NCBI GenBank assembly: GCA_030390025.1
Contig: CM059432.1
Location: 131,938,001-132,002,000 of the forward strand
Direction of reading: 5' to 3'
DNA: 64,000 nt
Source of the DNA: Squalus acanthias
Lineage: Eukaryota
Below are positions 1-13,100 of this stretch, piece by piece. Position 1 is the first letter of the stretch. Each line of letters opens with the position of its first letter. The notes beneath the pieces were generated by a model, which worked only from the letters and a program-made list of their open reading frames with translations, searched no databases and was not told the origin of the DNA. The position numbers and the translations under genes were made by a program.

Positions 1-1357
1 CTGCTTTTTAGCATGATTGTAGTCCTGTGTTGCAGCTTACTCAGGTTGGCACCTCATTTTTAGGTACGCCTGATGCTGCTCCTGGCATGCTCTTCTACAC
101 TCCTTATTGAACCAGGGTTGGTCCCCTGGCTTGATGGTAATGGTAGAGTGAGGGATATGTCGGGCCATGAAGTTACAGATTGTGGTGGAATACACTTCTG
201 CTGCTGCTGATGGCCCACAGCACCTCAGGGATGCCCAGTTTTCAGCTGCTAGATCTGTTCTGAATCGATCCCATTTAGCACGGTGGTAGTGCCACACAAC
301 ACGATGGAGGGTGTCCTCAGTGTGAAGACAGGACTTTGTCTCCACAATGACTGTGCGGTGGTCACTGCTACCAATACTGTCATGGACAGATGCATCTGCG
401 ACAGGTAGATTGGTGAGGACGAGGTCAAGTAGGTTTTTCCCTCGTGTTGGTTCTCTCACCACCTTTCGCAGGCCCAAACTGGCAGATATGTCCTTCAGGA
501 CTCGGCCAGCTTGGTCAGTAGTGGTGCTACCGAGCCACTCTTAGTGATGGACATTGATGTCCCCCACCCAGAGTATATTCTGTGCCCTTGCTACTCTCAG
601 TGCTTCTTCCAAGTGGTGTTCAACATGGAGGAGTACTGATTCATCAGCTGAGGGAAGGCGGTAGGTGGTAATCAGCAGGAGGTTTCATTGCCCATGCATG
701 GGGTCCGGAGTCAATGTTGAGGACTCCCAGGGCCACTCCTTCCCAACTGTATACCACTGTGCCCCCACCCCTGGTGGGTCTGTCCTGCCGGTGGGACAGG
801 ACATACCCAGGGATGGTGATGGAGGAGTTTGGGACATTGGCTGAAAGTTATGATTCTGTGAGTATGACTAGGTCAGGCTGTTGCTTGACTAGTCTGTGGG
901 ACAGCTCTCCCAATTTTGGCACAAGTCCCCAGATGTTGGTGAGGAGGACTTTGCAGGGTCGACTGGGCTGGGTGTGCCATTGCCTTGTCCGTAGCCGGTG
1001 CCGAGGTCGATGCCGGGTGGTGCATCCGATTTCATTATTGTGTTTTGTAACGGTTTGTTACAACTGAGTGGCTTGCACGGCCATTTCAGAGGGCAGTTAA
1101 GTGTCAACCACATTGCTGTGGGTCTGGAGTCACATATAGGCCAGACCAGGTAAGGACGGCAGATTTCCTTCCCTAAAGGACATTAGTGAACCAGATGGGT
1201 TTTTATGACAATCCGATAGTTTCATGGTTACCATTACTGATACTAGCTTTTTATTCCAGATTTATTTAATTAACTGAATTTAAATTCCCCAGCTGCCGTG
1301 GTGGGATTTGAACTCACATCTCTGGATTACTAGCCCAGTGACATTATCACTATGGCC
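1..1357 (-). mobile_element. 5' part of a non-LTR retrotransposon (CR1/Jockey group, Zenon-like): tRNA-like head, short 5' UTR and AP-endonuclease domain; decayed and cut by the window edge
   Basis: Minus strand reads KVLLTNIWGL..VILTES, PTRGKNLLDLVLTN, SDH and PWF motifs. The head has an A-box-like element (~1346-1357) and B box GAGTTCAAATCC (1304-1315). Confidence 0.85.
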
Positions 1358-2144
1358 CATTAAATATGGCAATTAAAAACACCAAACCTACTGCCAACAC
1401 AGCTGCACGTTCATAGACTCAATAGCCTGGGCACTTGGGTGACATACATCTCACTCATTCTTTATTCTAACATATGCACCTTTTCTATCTGATTACAGGA
1501 GAAGGTCACACATAACAGGTGCCACCGTCTGCAGACAGAAGGGGTCATCTAAATCTGTGTTCCTTGATTCCCTACATGGAGAGGACACTGGAGATTCTGA
1601 GGCCAATAGAGAAAGTGAGGGATGGGGAGATCAGCGGTTTACTCTGAGCTGATGCTTAGTATTTTCCTTTGCTATTAATTCTTTCTGTCTTTAATCACTC
1701 CCTCATTCTCTTCCTCAGATGCAAACACATACTGCAGCACTGGATCATAACACACCACAGGACCATAATGCATTCCTCTCCCTGCACTGTCCCAGAGCAA
1801 TTTGGGTGCAATGCATCAGAAGTGCACTGTACTATGGCTACATCCACATTGCCCAATCTTCCTGTCAGGCCTAATCTGTGTTGCCCACACCTACACAGGG
1901 CGTACATGGAGGAGCTCTATTTGGTAGTATCTCAGCCAGGGCCGCCACCTCTTAAATTTGTACTACTTTGGCTTGACTCACACTGATGTAGAGTGACGAA
2001 GAAAGTAAAATTACCCACCCAGTAAGGTCTTTATTCTTCGAATGACAGCATCCTTCACACTCTACGATCCTTCCCAGCACATCCTCGCAAGCCCTGCTAG
2101 AGTTTCTGGCTCTTGGTTGGATATTTTAGAATGAATTTTTTTTT

Positions 2145-3103
2145 AATTAGTTCCTGGGATGTGGGCGTTGCTGGCAAGGCCAGCATTTATTGCCCATCCC
2201 TAATTGCCCCTGAGAAGGTGGTGGTGAGCCACCTTCTTAAACCACTGCAGTCCTTGTAGTGAAGGTACTCCCGCAGTTCTGTGAGGGAGGGAGTTCCAGG
2301 ATTTTGACCCAGTGGCGATGAAGGAACGGCGATATATTTCCAAGTCAGGATGGTGTGTAACTTGGAGGGGAACTTGGAGGTGATGGTGTTCCCATACGCC
2401 TGCTGCCCTTGTCCTTCTAGTTGGTAGTTTGCGGGTTTGGGAGGTGCTGCCAAAGAAGCCTTGGCGAGTTGCTACAGTGCATCTTGTAGACGGTACACAC
2501 TGCAGCCACGGTACACCGGTGGTGGAGGGAGTGAATGTTTAAGGTGGTGAATAGGGTGCCAATCAAGCAGGCTGCTTTGTCCTGGATGGTGTTGACCTTC
2601 TTGAGTGTTATTGGAACTGCACTCATCCAAGCAAGTGAAGAGTATTCCATCACATTCCTGACTTGTGCCTTGTAGATGGCAGAAAAGCTTTGAGGAGTCA
2701 GGAGGTGAGACACTTGCCGCAGAATACCCAGCCTCTGACCTGCTCTTGTAGCCACACTATTTATGTGGCTGGTCCAGTTAAGTTTCTGGTCAATGGTGAC
2801 CCCCAGGATGTTGATGGTGGGGGATTCGGCGATGGTAATGCCGTTGAATGTCAAGGGGCAGTGGTTAGACTCTCACTTGTTGGAGATAGTCATTAACTGG
2901 CACTTGTGTGGCGTGAATGTTACCTGCCACTTATCAGCCCAAGCCTGAATGTCATCCAGGTCTTGCTACATTCGGGCATGGACTGCTTCATTATCTGAAA
3001 AGTTGCAAATGGAACTGAACACTGTGCACTCATCAGCGAACATCCCCACTTCTGCCCTTATGATGGAGGGAAGGTCATTGATGAAGCAGCTGAAGATGGT
3101 TGG
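2145..3103 (-). mobile_element. 5'-truncated Zenon-like LINE (RT C-terminal half, 3' UTR, A tail)
   Basis: [23 protein letters not shown] motifs; 3' end gggatgggcaataaatgctggccttgccagc; near-identical to 11018-12189. Confidence 0.85.
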
Positions 3104-3435
3104 GCAGACATCAAGCTCAGGTCAAAAATAAACTACTTTCTATGATGCCGTTCATGGTATTTTATACAAGGCCTGAACAGATTAGGTCTGTTAACTACCC
3201 AGCAATGATGTCAGGATGCAAATTTTCATGAACATATGGTTAACCAGAAGCAATCAAGGTTAGCCAAATTCCTACAGTGTGTGAAGAATGAAGACGCTAC
3301 AAGGTAGGTATTGTTACTTTTTGCACAGGTCAAACTTTGCAACGAGGACTCCTCAAGGTCTAAGCACAATGATAGCCTGAAGTGTTAATTGGTGAATCAC
3401 CTGTGGGGGGCATTATTTGCAATCCAAAACATCAT

Positions 3436-3683
3436 GGGCGCGATCTTGCCAGCCCTGGGGAGGTGGCTATGGAGACGGGACTGCCGGGGAAATGGCAGAA
3501 TTTGGGGGCGGGTGCCAAACCCGCCCCCAACCCACCTCCGTGCCATCTTGCCCGCTGGGCGTGCTTAACAAGGTCAATCAAGGGAAAATAGCGTGGGTTG
3601 GCCACAAATCAATGGAGGTGGGACATCGACCCGACAAGCAGCAGTCCCGCCTCCAACGCACCCCCCATTGGCGAAATCGTCCC
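3436..3683 (-). mobile_element. short Harbinger-type MITE, internal-deletion derivative of the 44957-45790 family
   Basis: Its two halves match the two ends of 44957-45790 in reverse orientation; GGG...CCC termini. Confidence 0.75.
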
Positions 3684-4140
3684 CCCTTATGTTATTGCCA
3701 AAGATGGCCGACATTCTTCTTCAGGAGAACTTTGGGACATGTCGCTGCTTAAGGTGTTGCTCTATTCAATTTGTCTAGCGTGGCACATAGCCAGTCAAGA
3801 AGCCCTCTGGTCACACAGCAAAGGAGGGGCCACTTCCTGGGGTAGTGATTTTGATTGACAGCTGTTTCTGAGATATTTGAGAAGAAGGTTTGATTGGTTG
3901 ATTGGTTGGAGATCTCCATGATTGACATCTCAGTTGGCAGAGACTCATGAAACTAAATTATATGGCAGCCCACAGTCTTGGGAAAGAGAGCAGTCAGCTG
4001 ATCAGTGACACTGAACCCGAGACAATATCTAGCGTGAAAACCCAAAAATATTGACAGTGCTGTATTGTATCTTTTAGACTTTATGTTATGGAATGGGGAA
4101 ATAAATATGCCTATTGTCAAATTTTATGATTTCTTTCTAG

Positions 4141-4194
4141 GGGCAAAAAGGAATGATTGGTCAAAAGGGAGCTGAAGGGCAGCCTGGGATACCG
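4141..4194 (+). CDS. COL21A1-like: collagen exon, 54 bp, [18 protein letters not shown]
   Basis: tttctttctag| acceptor, |gtgagt donor, 6 Gly-X-Y triplets. Confidence 0.95.
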
Positions 4195-7100
4195 GTGAGT
4201 GATGGTAGTTTTCTACACCATTTAAAAGAAAAATTGCTGCCCCTCTTTCGGTCTTTCTGCAACACACACTCACAGGGAGAAAGGAGAAAACCCAATTTTT
4301 ATCCTACCAGAAATCTTACTGTATCACACTCACTGCAGCCATCAAGAGCAATACATTTCCTCCTAACATGTCAGTACTCCCTACCTAGCCCCTGGCATGC
4401 TAACTGTATCTGTCAAGGGTTTACAAATCAAGTCTGATTTGGAGAATAAGCCACCTGTTCAGATGTTCATAGAATGTGCGCCTAACACAGAGCACAGAAT
4501 AGAGGATGAACATCCTTTCGATTTCTGTGCATGTTCCCGCTAAAGTATTTGCATTTGAAATTAAATACCTTTTCTCCCAACATTTCATTGTCCCTCAAAA
4601 TCTATGTTACTGTCTTACTTTGTTTCTTTCTAAGTATCCTTCAAAAATCAGTAGTTGAGATGTAAGACTCCCAGCTAGATCCTTGCATAAACCAACCAAG
4701 AAATGATGATAGGTTCTTGTCAATTTGTGCACCTAACACCAAGGCATAGAAATTCTCCAGACAAGGATGTGATATCTTTTCTGAATCCTCAGTTGACATA
4801 CTGTTACAATGATGTTATCTCATTAGTTAATCAATGTCTATCTCCTTCCAGAAAAATAATTTTGAAGGCTGGTAAACTTTCCTGGGTAAGGGTATCAAGA
4901 GATATGGAACAAAGGCAGGTAAATGGAGTTGAGGTACAGATCAGCCATGATCTAATTGAATGGCGGAACGGGCTCAAAAGGCTAAATGGCCTACTCCTGT
5001 TCTTGCGTTCCTCATCCTCCTCTCAGGCAAGCATCAGAAATCCTTTATAAAGGGTGAATGTATGTAGTGTGTACCATGATACTTGACTCCTTGATCTGTC
5101 CAGGCATCTGAAACAGGTTTTCACAATCCTAGATGTCTGTTCAATTACATTTCTGGTAACACAATGACCCTCATTGCATCAGTGCTCAACTGAGGTATGA
5201 AGGAACTTCACTGGGTCAGTAGCCACTGCAGCAGAAGGTATCTTCTAGCTCCCAGGGAACCATAAAGAGACCTGCCTCTGGGGACAATAAAGAGTGATGG
5301 GATGTTGGACTGCTTCACAATAAAGGAACTATGGCAGCGAGTGAAACCCTTTCCTGTTCATGAAGTACCACATCAGCACCAGCTCAGAAAGGTCAATCAG
5401 CCCTTTACCTCTGGGGTGAGACCAGGACAACAACCATGGTTCAGAGCTGAAGTTCCCTGCTCGAGAGGACAATGCATTTTTCACCTGTTTGATTTAGTGG
5501 TGTACAGCCAATTGAGTGATATGATTTAATGTCCTCTTATGTAGTTTAAAAGGACCTAGAGACATAAAAGTTGGGTGCAATCGTGATGTCATCTGTTGAA
5601 GGTGGGCTCCAGGTCTGGAGTGAGCAGGTGACACAATTCAATAGCTTCTCAAGGGTAGCATAGTCTTCTCACTCATTGTTCATGGTGAGGTCCAAATAGG
5701 AACGCCTGTGAGTGCAAGCAAGATGTTTCCTTTGGTGCTTGACAAGCCTGGCATCCCTGTGGACTTCTCCTCCCCATCATAAACAAAGCAAAGGGAAATC
5801 CCTAGTAGAATCATCATTCTTCGCTCCTGTACTGATAGGATTTATGAAAAAAAAAACACAGCAACGGGAGAAAAGCTGAGATAAATTTAAGATAAAGCTT
5901 CCACAAATAAAAAAAATCTATGGAGCAAGGTTTCAACTATTGCAGTAAGTTGTGAAGGAGGCCAATTAAATGTCTACCTGTCTAACGCCGCCTTGCAACC
6001 AGAACCACCTCTTTTATGCAAGTGTTCATTCAGTAAGGCAGGCCACAAACAATGGGGAATGGAAGTGGAGTCGCTGGTATTTAAGCTTAGTTTAAATTGA
6101 ATTAGCCTCCAGGTGGATGGGATTTCAGCAATGCTCCCGGCTGCCCACAGCACCACTCCAGGAAATTTCCTACAGATTTCCTCAGGTGTTGGATCATTGC
6201 GCTAGAATTCCACAACCCATGTTTCTCTCTTGACCACCCCAAATCTGCCACAAAACGGGCAGAAAACTGGAAGAAAATCTAGGCCTCAGTATCATCATCT
6301 ACAGAATGAAATTAGTCGTCGGATATTCTGCATGGATTCCAGAAAAATTAAACCGTCACATTTGCAAAGCTTTTGACAGGGTATGGTATGTCCCTTGAAA
6401 AGCTGGCCTGTTGTCGCATATCCAGTGATTTATTTTTGAGTCCGGTACAGATCTTATAAGAAAACATAAATCTCAGGTAATATAACTGGAGTTGTATATT
6501 CTTGTCACAGGATCTATTCAGTGAATCCTCAGCAAAGTGTGGCTAACCTCATGTTTTCCTCACTATCATTGATTTGGCTGATGTCATCAAAAGTAGTGTT
6601 ATATTCTTTGTTGATGACACAATTGCTACAGTAGCTGTAGCATCCAATAGGCAGTGATTGAATCACTGAAGGCAGAATTGGTCAGCGCAGGGACAAATGG
6701 TATGTTATCTTCAGGTATGAGAAGACCAAGTTAAAAACCATGTTGACAGCATTGATTGTGTTGATGATACTTTGTTCATTTATAGACACACAGTTCCTCA
6801 GCTTAGTAATCATCCAAACTATGCCAGAGCTCCTCCTGGCCCCACAAGGAAAGTTTTTTTTTTAAACTAAAAAGACTTCCCTTTTGAGCCTCTTCTAGGT
6901 TCAGCCCATCTTCCTAGTAGGTTGACCTGGTAGGAAATATACAACTGCTTCCCTGCTCAGGCCCAAGGATAGAGCAGCAATTGGGCCTTGATCATGGGAA
7001 CCCGACCTGCAATTTAAAGAAGGAACCCTCTGGTTTCTAGGGGCGTCCTTCCTGCCTGCTCAGAAGAGCAGGTTAAAATCGTAGTCGCTGGACGTCAGCA

Positions 7101-10100
7101 GGGTGAGTCCCACGGGCGATTTTTAACTGCCCACCTGCCCGGTTTACCCCAGGCAAGCAGGGTTAAAATCACCCCTTGGGTGTTCCTCCTGGATTTCCAG
7201 TAGAGTTTCTCCAAGTCTTTCTGTGCTCCCAACCACCAATTAAACAGGTATATAGGACCCCAGTTTATTGTCTCATTGGAAAATACATTAAGGTGTGATA
7301 AATGAGATTTCTGTCCTTATGTTCTATTATGTCACCTTCTATTGAGAGAGATTGGCCCTAAGTGGGAAACTCTCACTGTCCCTAAAGGAGATTCAAGAAA
7401 ACTGACTGCTCATTCCAAGCACAGGCCAGCTCTCCTCGAGGTAATGGTCTAAAACATTGCTATGGATCATTTGGAAAAAGACTTTCAAGCCATTTCCTTT
7501 TGAAGTTACAATCGTCCTTCAATCAGCTGAAGTAGATACTCTGAAGCACATTCTTCTGTTAATGATTCTTCTGTTAGGTGATGCCAATGACGACACAGTT
7601 AGCTGCAGTTTCTCTAACTTACCTCTGAAGGACCGTCTTGGGGCTAACTAATATGTTTCTTTTGAAATTGTGTAGTTATTATCGTGGATTCTTACATGAC
7701 CCTTGAATATTAGAGATTGTTTTACAGGATTATGTGATCTTCTCCACAAAGATTCTTTGTTTCTAGAGAATTATAAGTTTGGATTCTGCCTGCAGTAACA
7801 CATAAAGCTCTAATTTCCGTGCAAAAAAAACTAGAATGATGCAGCAAATTGGACCAAAAAGACATTTTGGGCACCCCTTGAACTTCATTTTTTAATGAAC
7901 TAGTTGATCTCCCATTGTGTTGTACATGGGGAGTCGAGACCAAGTGCAGTCTTTACTTGAAGTGGGGTTAGAGGGCATTGATAATTGAAACAGGGCACAT
8001 TAAATTCAGTCCCATTTTAAAGTCATAGGGCTGGATTTTACCTGCCGAGATGAGTTGGGGGTGGGACAGCTGCCTTCCGGGTTCTAATCCTGCTCCCAGC
8101 GACGTCCGACGCACAGACGCTATTTTCCCCTGATTGGCCTTGTTAAACCCGCCCTGCGGGCTTGCCGACCAATTAAGGGAAAGCCGGTGTCAAATGACGT
8201 CAGTTGATGATGCTTCATCTGCCGGTTTTCTTAAAGGGACATGTACCATTTATTTTTGACAGATGATCTGTCAGTGTTTGACAGCATTGAGGTGCTGTCA
8301 AACACTGACGATCACTATATAAAGGTGACCCCTTGAACCCAGACTCTCCAATGACTCTCTCCTTAGGATAAAACAGATGGCAGCTGCAGGTGAGGTTACA
8401 GAAGCGATCTGTCACTTCTCCCAATGAGGTGAGGCCACACAAACACTTCAAAGCTTGTCACCTACAGAAAAATCTAAACACATTAAAAATGACTTTCCCA
8501 ACATCTCCTTACCTCTTATACTCACCAATGTCCCTTTGGATCCTTCACACCACTTCTGCAGCTGTCATCTATACACAAACATTACAACAGACCCACAGCA
8601 TGCCTCACTTACCCTGACGGGAAGCCCACAGCAGAAGTCTCAAAATGGGAAAAAGCCTCTTGACTACCTGTTAACTACCTGTTAACAGGCAGTTAAGTGG
8701 CTAGAATCCTCTTCCCGCCGCTAGGAGTCGGGTCCCTGCGCAAATCGGGGACCCGACTCCCGGGAAGATTGTTTGGAGGCGGGTTGAGAGTGGGTTCGGG
8801 ACCCGCTCCCATTCTTTTTGATTTTGCCAGCAGTCCCGCCTCCAAACCCGCCTCCTCAGGGCTGGTAAAATCCAGCCCATACAGTCTGTCCTTATTTTTA
8901 TCTAATATTTTAATTTTATATTTTTATTTATAATTAAATGGCAACACTTAAAGCAATTTGGGAAGTAGAGAAGTAGAGTTGGTTGGAGTATAGGAGTTTC
9001 GCTGAAGAGCTGGGAGATGCTAAACTGAGGTGCTACTGTGCTTCCACTGGTAGGAGTGTGTAATTGCAGTGTGACATGTCTATACAGGCACTTTCTATTA
9101 TAAATATGGACAGAGGAATTTATAATGGGAAAAGCTTGACAATAGGAATTAAGGTTTTGCAGACAAGAAGTATGTGCAGGAATAAGATTTTCAATAGATT
9201 ATAGATTCTATAACGACCTATATTTTGGTTCGGATGCTTGATTTGACAGCAAAATGGTTTCACTGGCATATGCCGTGTCTGCTAACCAGAGAAATATTTT
9301 TTTGAGAAGCCAATCTTTAAATGTGAAACTATTATTAGGAACATGGTCCAAACAGTGGCCAATGTGATAAAATGAATGAAGATCTGTCACTATTAGAATT
9401 ATTCACTTATTTTTATTTTAGTTGGCAGTGTATTATCCTGAATCACATGCCTCTCTTTTAACCCTTCCCCCACCCACAGATTTTTACCATACTTCAACTC
9501 TTACTATATCACTGACCATTACTAGGATTAAGGGGATGCATGGGTGTTGCGTCTCCCTGAGACAAAGCTTCCTCATCCGTGCCTAATCCTGCTATGCCCT
9601 GCTCTTGGGCTCTCCAACAGTACGTCCTGTGAGCAGACTGTAGGGCTGCAATGAGATTGCTGAAGCCACGTGTCAGGATACTGTCAAACCGATTACCTAA
9701 CGTGGTGAATCCAGACAGGACAGAATCACAGAGATTGGGGGCAGAGTTTTAAACTTCAGCAGGCGTATAAAATGGCCAGTAATGGATCATCCACCTGTTA
9801 TATATCCCTCCAATTTTTCTTTCCATTCATTTCAGTGGGGTGTATAAGCACCTCTCGACTGTAGCTTGAGTGACACCTCAGAATGGGACTTCCTGGAGCA
9901 CCTAACCCCAGGCAAGCTTCTGTTCAAAATGCATTTTTAAAACAGTTCATGATTGGGTCCTAATCAGAGTCCTGAACCGTGATAGTAGGGCAATTCTGGA
10001 TGAGTTCTCAGGTCACTCTGAAACACTGATCCTGTTAAGTGAATGAAAGAAAGACTTGCATTTCTATAGCGCCTTTCACGACCTCGGGGCGTCCCAAAAC

Positions 10101-13100
10101 GCTTTACAGCCAATTAAGTACTTTGAAGTGCAGCCACTGTTGTAATGTAGGAAACACGACAGCCAATTTGCGCACAGCAAGCTCCCACAAACAGCAATGT
10201 GATAATGACCAGATAACCTGTTTTTTAGTGATAGTGATTGAGGGATAAATATTGGCCAGGAGTTCCTCCAGGAATCAGGTGACTCCTCCCTCTCTCGAAT
10301 GTCACTGAGGCAAGCCTGGAGGAAAGGAGACCTGAAATGTGTTTGTCCACTTGACAGGAAATTTGACATTTGTTTTTTTTAAAAAAAGGAAATAAGTATT
10401 TTATGTGGTATTTTTTTCACATAGAAGGGAGTACTTTGAACAGAAAGTATTCTCCCTTGACCTGACTTCCTGTTTAACATTTTGAAATATTGCAATTTTA
10501 AACAGTATATATGGGCCATTATGCCTAAAAGCAAGCAGATTTTTTGGTTTCTGTTGTTGGGTGTAACAAGTGTTGTTTTAAACTACAGACCAGTGACTAT
10601 TTCAGCAACTGGTTTTGTAGTTTGTGATGCAGCAGTTGTCAGGACTGGATGCTCTATGCTCATAGGAGATTAAAATACCAGCATGATTTCTTTGAAGGAA
10701 TTTCTAGTAAAATGTCCATTCTATCTAGCATTTCCAGTTAACTAGTATTTACATTGCAACACCCAGTCCCCACCACTTATAGCGGGCGCGTTTGTGTTAC
10801 GCGGTGGACAGTAAAACCAAAAATCGAATGTAACCAAAACGAGTACTCGCCTCCTTCCAAAGGTAAAGCCCTTGCAAGGGCCAAGTCATGTTCATCTTGG
10901 GCCAGCATTCAGTTCCTCGTCATCCGTGTCCACCACCTGCTCAGGAAAGGTAACTACACCGACCGTGTCGGTGCCAGGGCCCCAGTCAACTTGACCACCC
11001 TCCTCGAGATTTTTTTAATATTCATTTACGGGATGTGGGCGTCGCTGGCAAGGCCAGCATTTATTGCCCATCCCTAATTGCCCTCGAGAAGGTCGTGATG
11101 AGCCACCTTCTTGAACTGCTGCAGTCTGTGAGGTGAAGGTACTCCCACAGTGCTGTTAGGGACAGAGTTCTAGGATTTTGACCCAGCGACGATGAAGGAA
11201 CGGTGATATATTTCCAAGTCAGGATGATGTGTGACTTGGAGGGGAACTTGGAGGTGGTGGTGTTCCCATGCGCCTGCTGCCCTTGTCCTTCTAGGTGGTA
11301 GTGGTTGTGAGATTGGGAGGTGCTGTCAAAGAAGCCTTGGCGAGTTGCTGCAGTGCATCTTGTAGATGGCACGCACTGCAGCCACGGTATGCCGGTGGTG
11401 GAGGGAGTGAATGTTTAAGGTGGTGGATGGGGTGCCAATCAGGCAGCTACTTTGTCCTGGATGGTGTTGAGCTTCTTGAGTGTTATTGGAACTGCACTCA
11501 TCCAGGCAAGTGGAGAGTATTCCATCACACTCCTGACTTGTGCCTTGTAGATGGCGGAAAGGCTTTGGGGAATCAGGAGGTGAGTCACTCGCCACAGAAT
11601 ACCTGGCCTCTGACCTGCTCTTGTAGCCACAGTATTTATGTGGCTGGTCCAGTTAAGTTTCTGGTCAATGGTGACCTCCAGGATGTTGATGGTGGGGGAT
11701 TTGACAATGGTAATGCTGTTGAATGTCAAGGGGAGGTGGTTAGACTCTCTCTTGTTGGAGATGGTCATTGCTTGGCACTTGCGTGATGCAAATGTTACTT
11801 GCCACTTATCAGCCCAAGCCTGAATGTTGTCCAGGTCTTGCTGCATGTGGGCACGAATTGCTTCATTATCTGAAGAGTTGCGAATGGAATTGAACACTGT
11901 GCAATCATCAGCGAACATCCCCACTTCTGACCTTATGTTGGAGGGAAGGTCATTGATGAAGCAGCTGAAGATGGTTGGACCTAGAACACTGTGCTGAGGA
12001 ACTCCTGCAGCGATATCTTGGGGTTGAGATGTTTGGCCTCCAACAACCACAACCATCCTCCGTTATGCTAGGTATGACTCCAGCCAATGGAGAGTTTTCC
12101 CCCTAATTCCCATTGACTTCAATTTTACTTGGGCTCCTTGATGCCACATGGTCAAATACTGCCTTAATTTCAAGGGCAGTCACTCTCACTCGATAGCCAA
12201 GATTCTTGAGCTGGCGGGCAATAGGCATGGCACATCGAAAAGTCGCGCACCATTTGCCCGATCTACAGCTTGGCATCCACAACGAATAGCAGCTTGGCGA
12301 GTTGCTGGGGTAGGGGAGGGGTGTGTCACCCTCGCCCAGAACAGTGTCCTGCCCAACATCCAGGCCATGCTCCTGCCCAAGAAATGCGGCTCTAACCCGG
12401 CCATGAGTGGCAGAAAGTCAGCCGGCAAGAAGGGCTTGCAGGAGTCGCAGGAAGTCTAGAGATCCCAAGGGGGACTGGGGGTGGCAGGGCTGCCTGATCC
12501 AAGTAGCAGAAATCATGAAAGGACAGAAAAAAACAAAAAGTACCATTTACACACAGACACAGCACTAATGTAATCACACTTTAACAAGGTGCAAACAGCT
12601 GACTAAAGCTGCTTGAACTGCCCAAAATATTTGCCGCTCTTAATACATTATAAGCGGTACCTTCGTAATTGAATCCTTGTGGTTTTGGCAAATGCTTAGC
12701 GCCGTTTGTGCGATATAGGTAGTTGCCCATGATAAGGATGGTGTAAGTGGTGGGGACTGTACTTCTCCTTGGTTTAAGAAGTGAAACATCACAGAGACCT
12801 GGACAGTGCTGTGGACATCCAGACAGTCAACACACCAAGTCTGCCTCTTTGACATTTTTCGTTATTTCCTCTGTGGGCAAATAAAATTCACAAACACAGC
12901 TCTTCAGTCATATCTAGCTGAAGGCTTTCTTGAAATAATCTTTTTCTTCGAATAAAAAAATCTTTTTCTTAAAAGGAAAAATATTTAAACAGCTTTTTTT
13001 TTCATCATCTGGGCCTCTCCAGTCAACAACAGGGTCGTCCAAGTTACATGAGGTGAATATTAAAGAGTTTGTGCCTTCAGGAGAGAAAGGATTGAAATTA

